From Camelus ferus (lineage: Eukaryota), in contig NC_045696.1 of the NCBI RefSeq assembly GCF_009834535.1, positions 26,972,001 through 27,036,000 of the forward strand: a stretch of 64,000 nucleotides of DNA, in the 5' to 3' direction. Below the pieces are notes generated by a model. It was not told the DNA's origin and made no database searches. It saw only the letters and a list, made by a program, of their open reading frames with translations. Made by a program: the position numbers and the translations under genes. Numbering within the stretch: position 1 is the first letter of the stretch; the number at the start of each line of letters is the position of its first letter. Shown piece by piece: positions 1 to 15,084 of this stretch.

Positions 1-1223
1 GAGAAAATGAGTACAGAAGAATTCAGTCAATTTAAATATATGATTAAAAAATTTTGTAGATATAATTTTATGTACTGTGCTGTGGTCCGACTGTACTGAC
101 TACCATGCAAATCATTCAGCCCTCTGCTCATTAGACTCAGAATCTGTCTCTCTCAACCTAATTGTCAGCAAATTCCTAATTGAAAATCCTGTGTCCCAGC
201 CCCTGTTCTTGCACAGCAAGTTTTCTGGGATATTGGATTGTGTGAAAAGGCAAACCATCTCTAAATGAGATACTTGGACCACAACTTTGGTTAGATTGGA
301 GGCTGGTCAGAGACCCCCTCGAAATGCCAAGTTCATCTTGGAGTAATCAGTTAGAATGTGAGGACTGGTAGGAAGAGTTATCTAGTGGTTGGGCTGCAGT
401 TGCTGACTTTGCCACTTTCTAACTGTGTGATCTCTGAGAAGGTAACATTTCCTCCCTTGGCCACCATCACAAGTAAAGTGTATGGTCCAGTATCCGATAT
501 GGATTAAAATGACAGCTTTTGTTCCTCAAAGAGTCTCTGTGCTAACAAGACTGACCTAGGACCAAATTAAGATTAACCTTAAATCCTTACCATAGTCACA
601 TGTCTAATAATTTGAGGATGGACTGATACAGAAATTTCTCATTTTTCTTATCAAAAGAAAAATTAAAAAATTATCCCCTAAAGAATTATAAATCTGTGAT
701 ATTAATTTTTTGAACAAAAGAATTTACAAGAGAAATACTTACTTTTTAAGCACAAGGAAAACTATGATATAAATCCATGAAATGTACAAGTTTGTTGAAA
801 AATCCTTACTGAGAGCATTTCTCTCTGACATTTTGAATTCATGTTAAATGTACTTTCTATCTATAAACAGGAAGCAGTTGTTTAGCCAGGTTTTTCACAA
901 AATGCTGCAGAAAAAGAAACTGTTTGTTCCTTGTGAAAGGAAATGTTAAATATAGTCACTAAGATGAGTCCTGGATCAATACATCTATATAGTTCAGGCT
1001 TCCTGATTTCCAGAAAGATGTGAAGCCTGAAGGAAACTAATAAATAATTGAAGTTATAAAAAGAAGCCATTGTTACTTAGGGGCATTTTCCTCAGAAAAA
1101 TATTTTCCCCTCTCCCACAAATCATGCCTACTATACAGTTCTGAATAGGAGCTTTTGCCAGAATATCCTGATGATCAATTTCTCTCTAAAGACCTTTCCC
1201 CACCCTTCATTCCTATTAGAAAC

Positions 1224-1843
1224 TGTGATGGTTAATTTTATGTGTTAACTCGACCAGGCCACAGGGGCCCCAGACATTTGGTCAAACATTATTCTGAGTG
1301 TGTCTGTGAGGATGTTTTAGCTGAGATTAATATCTGAATCAGTAGCCTGAGAATATCAAGATTCCTCTCCTCCCCAACATGAGTGGTCTTCATCGAATCT
1401 GTTGAAGGCCTGAATGGAACAAAAAGGCTGACCCTCCTGCAAGGGAGGGGATTCCTCCTGCCAGACTACATGAGCTGGGACACTGATCTCTTTCTCTCTT
1501 TGGTCTTGAACTGAAATGTCACCTCTTCTTGGGTCTTGAGCCTGTCAGCTTTCAAACTAGAACCTCAGCTCTCCTGGTTCTCAAGACTTTGGACTCAAAC
1601 TGGAACTACCCTGTTGGTTCTCTTGGGTCTCCAGCTTACCAACTACAGATTTGGGGATTTCTCAGTTTCCATAGTCATGTGAACTACCTTATAATATATA
1701 CTTTTACTATATATATATACATGTTTTCTTATATAGTGATTTAAGGAAATAATAATATAGTCCTTATAGCTCATATTTGATATATTTTTCTCCATATATA
1801 TGTATATCTCCTGTTGGTTCTGTTCTCTGTTTTTCTATAACAC
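1224..1843 (+). mobile_element. MLT2-like ERVL solo LTR
   Basis: Starts TGTGATGGTTAATTTTATGTGT..., has CAGACATTTGGTCAAACATTATTCTG and ends with CTCCTGTTGGTTCTGTT after a (TA)n tract; matches recalled MLT2 consensus. 3' end approximate. Confidence 0.8.
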
Positions 1844-2352
1844 ATTAAGTTATAGATGCATTTAAGTAAATGTAGCTACATACCAGATCAGTTCCCTTTC
1901 ATCAAATAACTTGAGAGAAAACAGCAGCCTGTTCCCAAATGTGAGTTTAGTTAATTTGGATATTTATCCAATAATGTGATCTTTACTTGGGAAAGAACAG
2001 TCTAGTTTAGAAAATAATGCACTTAACTCTATCTCTATGTAGAAATTTTATTGAAAGACTGGGTTCTTCTTGTCACCCTACTTCAATCAGTTTTTCTCTC
2101 TCTTCTCTATCAAACTTAAGAGTCTTCAGAAGTTGCAAAAAAGGTTTTACTGTTAACCCAAGAAAAACAGAGTTTTGCTTTAACATACTTAAGGGCTTTT
2201 AGAATTTTACTAATTCTCTGCTCTACCTGTATTACTACAGATTGGCAGCTAGAGTTCAATAGTTACTGAGCCCTCCTAACTTACATGTAATGGTCTATTC
2301 TAGAAAATGGGAAAATAAAGAGAAGTCAGACAGAGTCCCTACATTCAGGGGG

Positions 2353-2836
2353 TGTGTTAGTCAGTGTTCTCTAGAGAAACAGAACCAATAGGTTATTTAC
2401 TCACTGACTGATTGATTGATCATGAGGACTGGCCATGCAATTATGGAAGCTGAGAAGTTGCACCATCTGCCATTTGCAGCTGGAGATGCATCCAGTGGTG
2501 TAATTCAGTCCAAGTCTGAAGACCTGAGAACTAGGGGCATCTATAGTGTAAGCCCCAGTCTGAGGGCAGGAGAGAATAAGATGCAATGTCTCAGATCAAA
2601 TAGCAGGGCTGGAAAAAAAGGATATGAATTCCTCCTTCCCCTGCCTTCGGTGCCTTTCTAACCCTCAACAGACTGAATGATGGCCACCAGAATTGGAGAG
2701 GGCAATCTACTTCACCAAGTCCACTGATTCACATGCTAATCTCATTTGGAAACACCCTCACAAACACACCCAGAAGTAATATTTAATCTAAGCAGCCTGT
2801 GGCCAGTCAAGTTGACACATAAAATCAACTATCATA
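2353..2836 (-). mobile_element. MLT2-like ERVL solo LTR
   Basis: TGTGTTAGTCAGTGTTCTCTAGAGAAACAGAACCAATAGG ... GTCAAGTTGACACATAAAATCAACTATCA, reverse orientation of MLT2 consensus. Confidence 0.8.
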
Positions 2837-4269
2837 AGGGGCTAAAATAACTTATCACCTAGTCTCTCCTCTCTCTCTTGTTTTTATTAATTCATTTGCT
2901 TGCTTTGTTGAGACAAGTGTAGTAAGTGAGTTTTTCCAAATTCACGGTAAGTAAGCAGAGCCCTATTTGACAGTGAATCTTAAAGAATGTTAAAGGAAGA
3001 CAGTAAAGAGTTTGTTCCTGAACTGACCTTGCCACCTGCCAATTGTAGAATACGTCTGCAATGACCTGGGAAAAATGCACGCACCTCATAGACAATGACC
3101 TTCCCACAGGGGTCAGTGGCAGCAAGGGTTTTTCCTAGTAGCTTTTTCATCAGTAGATACGAACAAATGGGAAAGAAAAACTAAGCTGAATTTGTCTTTA
3201 AACCATAAAGGCTTATATTTTCTTTCTTTTCTTTTATAACCTTGTTTTTGCCTCTTTACTCTTGGCTCTTTATATTGTTTTGGTATCTGATACAAAATTT
3301 ATGTGTTATATCTACCAGTGTTAAGAGTAAGATTCTAGGTTTTAAAGGATGACTCTGGGCTGCATAGGAGAGGAGTCAAGTACAAGGGCTTTCGAGTCAA
3401 CGCACATGTATTTGAAAGATAATTCCACTTTTTTACAGGTAAATTTCCTAACCTCTCTATACCCAGGTTTCTAACCTAAAAATTGAAATAAAAATATTAC
3501 TAACCATTGAATTGTGGCAAGGACTATATTCAAAGATATAAAAAGCAGGGAGGGCAACCACAGAAAAATCATTCTCTGATGCTAGGAAGGGCGGGTTATT
3601 ATCCTCTCGTAGAGGGTTCTGAAGGTGAGGGGAGTAATGGGGGATTCATGTAACTTCAAATTGCCTTTCTCCTTTTGAGATTTGCCTTAGACTCTGATCC
3701 TAAAACATGCCTTAGACTCTGATTTCTACTTTATACCAAGACAAAGATAGGGTGTCAGATAAACACCATAACTAAATAATATGGATTTAGTCACTTTCTG
3801 GATAAGATTGAAAGGAAATTTAGAAAGTAAGATTAATTTAATCCTTGAAAACACAGTTAAGCAAGTTTTTAACCTTCATTAAATACACTATCCTAAAACA
3901 ATCCCAGAGGTTAAATTAGCATACATAAACAAAGCCACAATTTTTCAAAAATCTCTTATTTTGATTAAGGGTAATAATAATACAAGATATCTTCATCTAG
4001 TTCAACAATATACATGAGACCCAAAATCAACTACCAAAAAGAACCAAAAAACCCAGCTCTGAATAAGAGCTTCTGCTATATCTACTTATATCATAGGGAA
4101 CCTTAAGGTGGAGGGACTAGGTGGAAATCTGGGGAGAAGCTGAGCAAAGGAATGAAGGCCAAGGGTTTCACTCATATATCAAATCTGACTCTTAGAATGT
4201 AATGGAGAATAAATGATTCATTTGTCATCTGATTGACAATTGACAGCACCATGTCAAGATTTGTCAGCT

Positions 4270-4697
4270 ATAGTACAGGGAACTACATTCAATATCTTGT
4301 AATAACCTATCATGAAAAAGAGTATATATTATGGTTACCAGAGGGGAAAGGGGGTGGGAAGGGAGTTCGAGATTCGCAGATACTAACTACTATACATAAA
4401 ATAGATAAACAACAAATTTCTTCTGTATAGCACAGGGAACTATATTTGATATCTGGTAGTAATCTATAATGAAAAAGAATATGAAAAGGAATATATGTAT
4501 GTACATGGATGACGGAAACATTATGCTGTACATCAGAAATTAACACATTGTGCACTGACTATACTTCAATTTTAAAAAAGAGTGTGTGTATATATATGTA
4601 AAACTGAATCACTATGCTGTACACCAGAAACTAACACAACATTATAAATCAACTATACTTCGATTAAAAAATTAAAAGTAAAAGAACATAAAAAAAA
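4270..4697 (+). mobile_element. 5'-truncated L1 3'UTR fragment containing a second nested L1 3' fragment (~4330-4578)
   Basis: Cetartiodactyl-type L1 3' end (ACAGGGAACTATATT...ACTGAATCACTATGCTGTACACCAGAAACTAACAC), A-rich tail, perfect TSD AAGATTTGTCAGCT at 4256-4269 and 4698-4711. Confidence 0.85.
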
Positions 4698-6218
4698 AAG
4701 ATTTGTCAGCTTGGGGCTGGAAATGGGGGTGTTTGGTGTTGGGAGAATGAGGGAGAAATCCCTTCAGAAGAAAGCTTTTGTTCTTGGAGCAGATGATGCT
4801 GAGTTTTCTAGACGCGGCACTGCAATTATATGAGAAGTTTTAGGCTGCATGATTTCTGCTACTGCAGTTGGGTGGGATGAGGGCGAAATCTGGAGGAACA
4901 TTTTATAGAGAAGCCGTGGAACAGAGTAAAAGGAAGGCATGGGGAATTTGGCAAATGAGGTGGCCAAACGAAGGCCAGACAGATAGACACATGCAAGGAC
5001 AAACACTATTTAAAAAGCTTGGCATAATTGGCTTTTCAGGTGCAATTGTTATCCAAGTGTAATTAAAATGAGCTAAGATAGAAATTATTTTTCCTTCTTG
5101 CTATACATTCATACCAATGCTGTGGCTGTTTAATCAAAAAATGTGGAAAACCAATTGCATGGTTACAAATGCCACTCTATACAAACTGGACCTGCACTGA
5201 AACAATGTCTACCACTGGACTTTACAGGTGTGTCCTTCCCCATAAAAAAGAAATTAGTTAGCAAATCAGAGCAAGACTTACATGATTGAAGATTCCGCTG
5301 ACCTTTTAAATCATGACAATTTGATCTTTTCTGGGTATTTTCAATGGCACTACCACTATTAGTAACCTATTAGAGTCATGTTTTATGCTTTGTTCCTAGA
5401 CTGTGTCTGACATATTTCTCTTTAATTTCTAACCGAGAGAAGGCCCATAAAGAATGTCGGGAGAAAGGCAGCTCTCTTCTGAGACTTGGCATTAGAAGAA
5501 AAGGTCTGTTTTCAGGTCAGCCACTCAGGTGGAATTACTCTCCAAGGGCAGCACTGTTTCTCTGAGGGAAAGTACATCTTCCCTGGTTGCCCTTCACAGG
5601 ACTAATGAGATACACAGCCACCTCTTGGACTCACCACCTAGTTTATCAAGGAGAAGTTGACTCTGGAAGCAACTACAGAAACGAAGCTCCTCTGATTTAG
5701 ATGGTGCAGAGACATGGGCGAGAGCTTCTCCCTCCCGTCTCGTCTGATCATTTTTCATGCTTTACCTCTGCTTCTAGAGGCCGATTTATCTTTTTTCCCC
5801 TGGCAGGTTGTGCTTTAAGTGTTTTCAGTTCTAACTGGAACTTGTCTTCAAACGAAAAAGATTTACTTCTCTCCCGGTTCATTTCTTCCTCTCATTTCTG
5901 TTTATTCTCTCCCTGGCTCTTACAGCTTTTCTCTTGATAATATGAGTGCTACATCTATTTTCATTTGCCCTCACCCCCTGCCTATGAAACCTTTTATTAA
6001 GAATTGTGTAGTACTGTAGAAAGGGGAGGAGGATTTGGCTGACAGATCAGATTGAGTGACCTTTGGCATGTCAGTTAACTCCTTTAAACAACAGGTTTCT
6101 TCTCTTTAAAGTGAGGATATTAGGTTCAATTATCTCAGTGATCATCCCAGCTCTAATTTGCCAGGATTCCATCATGTCTTCTTACAGTATTCAGTCTACT
6201 ATGCAAGCTCAGTACATG

Positions 6219-6558
6219 TGTATTGGTTACATTTTACTGCTGTAACAAAGTGCCACGAACACAATGGCTAAAAACAAGACAAATTTATTATCTTACAGTC
6301 CTGTAGAGCAGCAATCTGACATGGTCTCATTGGGCTAGAATCAGGGTGTTGGCTGGGCTATGCTCCTTTCTGGTGACCCTAGGGGAGAATCTTTCAAGAA
6401 CTCAAGTGATCAGTTTGGGCACATTTTGATAATTCAAGATCATCTCCTGATCTTAATGTCTGTAACCTTAAACACATCTTCAATACTCCTTTTGCCATGT
6501 AAGGTAACAATGTCATGGGGTGTGGGCATCTTGAAGGGCCATCATCCTGCCTACCACA
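6219..6558 (-). mobile_element. MLT1-like MaLR LTR
   Basis: CTGCTGTAACAAAGTGCCAC...AAATTTATTATCTTACAGT...CCTGCCTACCACA hallmarks. Confidence 0.7.
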
Positions 6559-7130
6559 ACATGCTACTTGCTAACACATGCATTCTATGTCTGCTAGCAC
6601 CAAATTAAGCCGAAGCAATCAGGAACTTCTGCCCTTTTCTGCTTTTCTTGTTTCAGAATGCATCCTGGAATCACCTGACTCAGCCTCAAACTATCAGTAT
6701 CCAGAATATATATTGAAGTCATCCTACAATGTCTTTCAGATTAGCGCTTCCAAGAATCCCCATTTCTGCCTCCAAATGTTCTGAATCTCTATTGTCCCTG
6801 CTTAGACCCACCATGTGTTGCTTGATCTATTCCAAGGACTGCCCCCTTCTGTGCTATCTTGTCAATATTCCAGTTTAGCCTTCCATTATTGGTTTCCTCT
6901 TCTTTAATCTTTGGTCACTCTAAGTCGCTACTGCTTTCTGGTGATACACTCTTATGTTCCTAAAGGGGACAAAACTTGACACTCAAATTTTGGCCTCCTG
7001 CTGTGGTTTCTAAACCTTTGAATAAAAAAAGGCAGTTTCTATCTAGCCCTTTAAACTTTCTCTTCTGAGATTCTTGCACCAGCCAGGCAGTCACCTCCCT
7101 AATCCTTTCCAATTGTCATTATCAGTCTAC

Positions 7131-7692
7131 CAGGCCAACCTCCTGGATGATGGACCAATGCTGTCACACATGGCCCCACACTCAGAAGGGGATCCCATGC
7201 TAAGGGTATAAAGCTGTGTGGTCACCATCTTGAAATTCTTAATAACTCCATTTTTTAACTTATATTTTGTTAGTAAAGTCTGGTGGAACAACTGAAGCAT
7301 GTACTGATGGCTTAGAGCCTTAACTCACTGACATTCTGATTCCTGCTGCTTCTCTACCTCCCTGAGATGGGTTCTCTGTCACCAGCTCCCCCTGCCCAGT
7401 GACTTGCACCATCCTTCTCCCTTGGTGGAGCCTGGATGTGGGCAAAGAGAGAGTTGAAGTCAGTGCCCAGTTGCAGGTTGGAGCCCTGGACATCAGTAAA
7501 GACCTGTAGTTGCTCAGCCACTAATCCTGCCAAGGAAATTTGACTTTCATTAGCAAATAAAAGCCACCATGACAGGTAAAGTAAGAGATGGCAAAAAAAA
7601 AAAAAAAAAAAAAAGCATTTCCCTGCTTTTTAGACATGGTACCCTGCATTTTTATTTTGTACCAGGCCCCACAAATTATGTAATTTGCCCTA
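7131..7692. mobile_element. MER45-like hAT DNA transposon relic
   Basis: GGCCCCACACTCAGAAGGGG near start and CCCTGCATTTTTATTTTGTACCAGGCCCCACAAATTATGTA near end match recalled MER45 termini. Confidence 0.6.
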
Positions 7693-7704
7693 ATAGTTTA
7701 GTCC

Positions 7705-7902
7705 AAGATTTAGGAATTTCAGCACTTTTGACATTTTGGTCCAGATAATTATTTGTTGAGAGTTCCTGTCCTCTAAGTTGTAGAGTATATAGAAGCATCC
7801 CTAACCTCTACCCACCAGATGCTTGTAGCTCCCTCTCTCAGTTGTGGCAACCCAAAATGCTTCCTGGGAGAAGAGTAAAACTAGCCCAGCTGAAAATTAC
7901 TG
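7705..7902. mobile_element. MER20-like hAT relic
   Basis: GCACTTTTGACATTTTGGTCCAGATAATT...AGCATCCCTAACCTCTACCCACCAGATGC. Confidence 0.65.
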
Positions 7903-8049
7903 GTTTGGTTTCTGGAAGCTTAATCCTTGCTCTTGAGTTTCCTGTTTGATGAAGGTGCTGATACCTAGGCTCTAAACTCTAAATCAAACTACTCTTATTG
8001 TCCAATAGTGAGTAACTATAGGTTTGGTTCTAGAATCCATCAGGATCTG

Positions 8050-8270
8050 AAACCTAGTTTTGACCTTGATTAAGAGGATTACCTTGAGCAATTTATTTAA
8101 TCTCTTACAACCAGTTTTCTGGCCATTAATTAAAAATAATAATAACAGTGACTACAACAAAAGTTTGTTGTGAGAATTAAATGACATAATGTGTGTAAAA
8201 TTCTTAGCATAGTACTTGGACTAGCACATAATGAGTAACTAATAAATGGCGTTTTAATTATTATTATCAT
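8050..8270 (+). repeat. MIR SINE
   Basis: MIR core-like GTTGTGAGAATTAAATGACATAATGTGTGTAAA...CTTAGCATAGTACTTGG; boundaries approximate. Confidence 0.6.
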
Positions 8271-11200
8271 TATTACTAGAGCCAACTCCATCACTCCTAA
8301 AAACTTTTTAATGCTGGTTCTTTGGAAGTACAAACTTCTTCCTTTTATTGATTCTCATTGACCTGTTCATTGTTTAGCACAATCATTAGTAGTTTTGCCC
8401 TTAGATCATGTTGGTCTTCTTTGTTCATTGTTCTAAGCTAACATCAGAGGCTTTCTTAGAGGTCATGGGGTCCTGATAGCAGAAGCCAACATAGTTGTAT
8501 CATTTCATTCCTGTAGGGCAGCCCAAATGCTATCTCTTCACATTTTATTCCATTTGAACTTCCTGCAGAATTGCTGTTTACAATGTAAGGGCTGACTACA
8601 ACTCTCAGGTCATTGACAAGAGCAGAAACGGGCTGAGTCCAGTCTAGTAAGAGTCTTCCCAGTTCATCTGTCAGTCTTCTCTGACTCTCTCACAGGGCTC
8701 CTTCAAATGCCCCTAACCCCAAGAAAGACCAGTTTCATAAGATAACAATTCAAAACATACGGAAGCAAATGGCTATTATTTTCCAAAAAAGAAAATGTTG
8801 ATTTTCTCACATGAACAATGAATAATTGCCAATAACAATTATGTTGACAAAGCCTATGTGATGACTTAAGAAAGAACCTGTGAGGATATATCACAAGGAA
8901 AATCCTTTTACAAATTACACCATTTACGGATGTGCAGAAGGTCAAAACCAATGGTGACTTAAAGTAACACTTCTCAGATACCACTGCAGTAACATAGCAC
9001 TCCTATAAAAGTAAATATTTGGATTAAATACATTATTTTACACACACATAACACACACAATTGTTGGATAAAGCATCATTATTTGAGCATTAAAGCTTGA
9101 ATTCCTTCTTTCTGGTGTTTTTTAAGTCAAATAATAGGCTGGAAGTTATTTGGGCTGACCAAAGTATGAAACCATGTAAGGCAATGACTTAAATCAGTTG
9201 CTCATCTTCAAGTTCCTTTGCATTTTTTTCAACAAATTGAGGTTTAAAAAGAAAAGAAAATTCTCAATTCAATAAAACAAACTGCTTTGGCTAGTCAGTC
9301 TCCTGAACAGCTTACTATTGTACTCATAGAAAGAGCAGAGCTTTGTTAAAAACGCTGGCAGTTGGATTTAGCTGAGGTTTGCGTATCCCTAGCTCTCTGC
9401 ACACGACCCGTTACTGCACTCATCAGTTTGGACTCTAATTATGTGATCAATGTCCATCTGCTGCACTGGACTATCATCTCCTTATGCCAAAGTGCCTGGC
9501 ATAGGTTAGACCTCAAAACATATTCACTAATTTGTGAATTATCTATGCTTCAACAATTTCTACCTGGTTAAAATTTTTTTTAAAAAAGCTGTAAATGTAA
9601 ATAAATGGAAAAAAATCAAAGGACTATAAATAAGATATATGCTTGTTATTTTGGAAATTGCTTATAAGTTCTTATTTGAGATGAGGATATGTGGTTCAGA
9701 TTTTTTAAAAAGCTCCAATACTGAAATACAGAAATCATTTTTTTTTTTGAAACAGAAGGAATGTGATCATGAACCAAAAAAAAGCTTGAATGGAACTGAA
9801 ATACGCTATTTACCTGGTGTTAAAGAATGAGCTTAAAAATTAGAATGTAAAATTAGAAACCTCTTATTATTAAAAAATTATACTCATCTTGGTTGTATTT
9901 TGGGTAAGAACTTTTTCAAAACAGATGACGCTCCCTTCTTAACCTAAAATGTTTCATGCATATTCATTTAGATTCCTAAGAGGATCTCATTATCTCATCC
10001 AAAAAAGAATTAATGATCCTTAATGGTTTCCGATGACACTCTGTCTTTGTCCCCTTCTCAACTGTGCAGATGACTTTAAGCATACAAATGTTTCTGCTCA
10101 TGCTTTGACCTCTAAAGTCTCTTGCATGATCACAGGATTGAAAATAAATCATTCTTCCTACACTGTCATAAATTTTTTATTCTTCTTTTACCCATGTTTT
10201 TAGGGAAAAAAATGTACCTGGGTTTACTTTATATATTTGTACCAAATTTTTAGAATTAAAAAATAGCAAAATAAGAAAGGGACACTTGTTGAGTCATAGA
10301 GAAAACAGGGTACTGATTATAAAGGACCCTCTAAGCCTTTATAGGGATTTGGATCCTGTTTCTAAGAGAAAAGGGAACTCATGGGAGAGTCATTAAAAAT
10401 GAGCAAATCAAACAGACCTGGGTTCAAATACAACTTCAGGTTCACGAAGTTCCCTCCATTGTACAATGGACATAAAAATAGTAACTATCTGAATCAATTA
10501 TGGTAAGAACGAAGTAGATAAAAATGATTTAGTGTGCTACCTGATACCTCATAAATACGTACGCATATTAATATATCCAGTTCAACATTTTATTTAGAAG
10601 TTCATACTATGTGTAAAAATGAACCATTCATGATGGAAAAGGATCTGGAGTGGGGAGAAGGCACAGTCTGGTTTTATTCTTTGTCTCACTCACAGTTACA
10701 GTAGGGCATCTATCCTGGTCTGATTTCAAAATGAAAACAATCTCTCTTTACAAGGCCTAAATCTTCTGTTGTTGGATAATGGTTAGGGAGAGGAAGACAG
10801 GAGATAACCGTGTGCTTACATTCCTGGGTATCTGTCTGGATTGGGATGGCATTCCTGGTCTCTGTTTTTATCTACATCTGGTGTGTAGTCTCAGTTAGAT
10901 TACATGTGGTTTTCTGTGGGTGGATGCATTTTCACCTCAATCTCATTCAAAACTGAGTATTCCCTCAGAGAATGGCAGCTGTATCTCTGTATGGCCTGAC
11001 AATGGTCCAAACCCCCAAGTCCTCCATGGATATTATGTAGCTTTGTTCAGCCGCCACCAAGAGAGTTCAAAAGCTTTTTCTTTTTCCTTCATCCACTGTG
11101 CTCCTTCCTGTAGAAACATGTCAGCTGCTAAGGTCTTTTTAAGAAGCCTGTTGTGGGAAAGGCACTCTTCTTCCCAGCCACTCTACACCAAGTTACAAAC

Positions 11201-14200
11201 AACTGGGGGAAAATTTCCCTCCAGCCCTCCCAGCTTTGAAATCTTTGGTTAAGAAGTATGGACCATACTCTAAATTCACACACATCCCTAAAACTCCAAG
11301 GAAAGCGATGAAGCTTGCTCAAGAATTCCTTCGTTCTGTTCTCTGCTATCACTTGAATAGGCTTGCAAACTGCAATCCAGAAAGAATCCAGTTTAGGGCC
11401 AAGAATTCAATCTCCCCTTCTTTCAGGGCTCTCTGACCTCTCTCAGTGATCCTCCTTAAATATAATCTCTACTGACTAGTGAAAGTGTAGGGGTAGGATA
11501 GGTTAGATACTTTCTCCTTGAACAGTTCACTCCCCTCAAAGCATATGATCCCAGATTCTGATTCTTCTCTCCTCATCCCCACCATGAGGGACCTCCTTAT
11601 ATGATATAGGAGGGATGGATGGTAAGGAGACCAGGACCTGTTCTGGCTTGTTCTGATGAAAATATGGAGGAGGATTCCACCCAGTCATTTTGGGGGTAAC
11701 TGAGCTACTTCTTCACCTGGAAATGGAATAATCTAGTTTGCAGAGCAGATATAAAGAAGAATCTATAATTTAGGGCAGTGGAAGAGAACAGAAAGGAACA
11801 GGCTGAATGTTTTGAGCTAAAGCAATGGTTCACATCAGAATTAGAATAAAAAACCCAAAGGGGAGGACTGGCGCCTACCAGCTTCATCTGTACTTACTCC
11901 TTTGGGCTTGTCAACAACTCATTTTCCTAACACTGCTTCATTATGCATACAACATAGCAAAGACATTTTAGAGTTAAGGAAAATCACCAAGACCCATATG
12001 CAACATTTTATTCCCTTTTGCATCATGAAGACATGGATTCTATGTCACAGATGAGACTTTCTTCATCACTTCATTGGCTCTGTTTTGGGAATCCTGCTGG
12101 TTACTCATTTAATTGTTGGCATGGCTCCTGCTAAATGCTAGAATTGTGGGGGTGACAGTCATACAAGGTTTTTCTGACAGAACTGCTTTGTTGTTAGGAA
12201 TGAAAACTAAATTTGATATTTTAAAATACATATTTATATAATCATATTTCAATTTCTTTTTCTTTATCCTTATTTACTTTTATTATTTAATTTCCTAATT
12301 AATATCTCAATTTGATGATTTGAAACTGTCACTGGCAAACCATGTATTTATAGTTGCAAGTAGTTAGGGAAAGTTACATTTTGTATTATCCTTAGGCATT
12401 ATAAATTCCTGAGTGTTATGCAGAGCATTACTAGAATGATCTGCACAATGGGGGGTTCAGTTTTTAATAAAAGTGACTCTTATTTTTAATTATAGCAATT
12501 AAGATCTTCTTATTGGCAGGAAGACTACTGCTTTGCAGTCTTAAGGATTTGCTTCTGTGATTCCTCTGGGCTTAGAATATATTCTACTCTTTGGAGTATG
12601 GTTATTTCCAAGTCTCAAGATTATTGAACCTAGGTAAGTAATATACAGGAGGCACAATTCTTCAAAATATGTCTAAGGAGCTGTTTTTAATCTAGATAGG
12701 CTCAGTTTCTCATCTGAAAAGGAAAGAAAAACCTGCAATCCCTAAGGAATGAATATGTATCTTTATGGAAACCTTGGTTGAAAATATTTTGTCACTATAA
12801 CATATTGTGAATGGGTATCACACTTCAGCTTGGGTACATACTTAAACAATATGTTTTAAACAAACGACACATTCATTTTTTCACTCTTTATATGTGATCC
12901 TCTTAAAGAAGAAACTCATACAAGAATTCAAACTTCTAAAATGTCAAGCCTGTGACAGTTCTGTTCCTGTGGTAGACCTAATTAAACCTGAAATTTTCCA
13001 ATATTTTTACTGACATCATTTATGTTGCAGTTAACACTTTTTACTGGTAAAGACGGTTATTTTCAGATGAAGTCTTTCATCTTGCTGTGTTTAAAACTGC
13101 AAAACTGAAATAATAAAACTATAATTACAAAAATTTCCTGGCTACAAGTATGTACATGAGACTGCTCTACACCTGAGCAAAAACAAAAGGTAATTAAATG
13201 CAGATGAGTATAAGATTGCAGACTCCTAGAGCACTGCCTAGTGTTTCTATCTTTCTGGTATATTTTAACAATATTTGCAAAGTGGCGAGCTATTTAGATG
13301 ACAGCATTATTCTAAACCTATAAAAATGCATCTTCTGAGCAGATGGCTCAGCAAACTACAACAGTGTAGATGATGAGGAATCAGAGAACTATATATAAAT
13401 ATTATGATGACACCTGGAAGTCTGTACAAGTTATATAAAGTAGTGTAACAGTTGGGAACATATGAACCTCTAGTCTGACTGATATATATATATAGACAAG
13501 TATATATTTCACATGTACATCTTCTTAGATGTAAAGTGTTAGGCTAGGTAATATTATAAGTACTCAATAGACAAGTAATCAAACACACTTCTTAATATTG
13601 TAATATTTGCAATGTATTTTTTAACTTCCATACTTTACGTAAATTCATTTCCACAAGAAATATTATAAAGAAATGGAGCCCTATCTATAGTAGCTTTCTT
13701 TTAGGTGGAACGAGATTGGAGTAAGTGGGAAAAAATTGACATTCCACCTTATTGGTCATCGTAAAAAATGAGAGAAGAAGACCTGGCTGTTACAGAATGA
13801 TTTGATCTGTTGTATTGATGGGCAGAGATAAAAGTGCTGAGAACCATACCTCAAGTTGGCACAGCTCACTGAAAGCAAATTTGCTGTGAATGATGATAAT
13901 TTGTACTGAAAGAAATTAGTGCCAATTTGATTAGGAATTGCCCTTATGTTCAGATTGCGGTGGCTAATACATCTTGTCACAGTTACAGCTTTATCTAGAG
14001 TATAGGAATAAAACAAAAATGGTTCAGAGAAGAGAGAGAATGATTACAGGGAGCCTTTTTTTCACCCTTGATTTGTAACTTTATTCTGGCCAAGAGAAGG
14101 AACAGAAAAGAGATATTTATTTTACATTTTATGAAAAACTATACATATTCTCCACCTGCAGGGCATTATGATAATTCATCTTAAGATAGAATAATGCACG

Positions 14201-15084
14201 AAATGAAACTGTTGCTAGCTCCTGTTTACCCTTCATTTTACACGTGAGAATTCATTTCAATGAAAAAATTAACTGTAATATGAAACATATTATAATTTGT
14301 AAAAAGTGCTCTCACAACTTCAATTTTACTTAATTTTCACAACAACTCAAACAAAATCATAGGAATATTGACTTACAGAATCCAAGTCCTCATGACAAGC
14401 ACACTTTACTAGACGAAACTGTTTCATATGTCCCTCATAGGGGAACAGAATCACAATTTCAGCCCTAATTCGCTCTACTCCCATCAGTAAGTCTGCGTGG
14501 TTCTTTTGAATTTTTGAAGAGATTCTATAAACAGATCTCACTGAACATTTTCTTAACCATTACATCTCTGTGATAACAAGAACGTGTTGGCTCTCCCTTC
14601 TTTATTATTAGATGACAAAGTTCACATCTCTCTCCCTTGAATTGCCAAATATAACTTACACATAGTTGATTGAAACTTACACAACTTTATTAAATTTGTG
14701 ATATAAATCAACTAAGAAATCAAGCAATCATCAATCTTTTTTAAAAATATTGTTCAAGGATTAGGTGGCAAAGAGTAAAAGAATAGCATTACTTGAGCAT
14801 TTTTAAAGCTTAATTTCTCCATTTATGTCTCTTTCAAACATCATCTTTCTACAGAGGCCTTTTGTTGCCACTCTAAATAGCCTGGAGTCAAACCTCTGGC
14901 CCCCTGCCAACATCACACATACCATATACTCATTTCTGTTTTTTTTTTTTAGAGCAGTCATCACAACCTTCAGTTTACTGGTACTCACATACTTGCTTGT
15001 TGCATCTCTATTAAAATGCTCTCTGTGGGGTTAACTACTTTGTCCTAGATGTAAATAATGCCTGGCAAATGTCACTAATAATAA

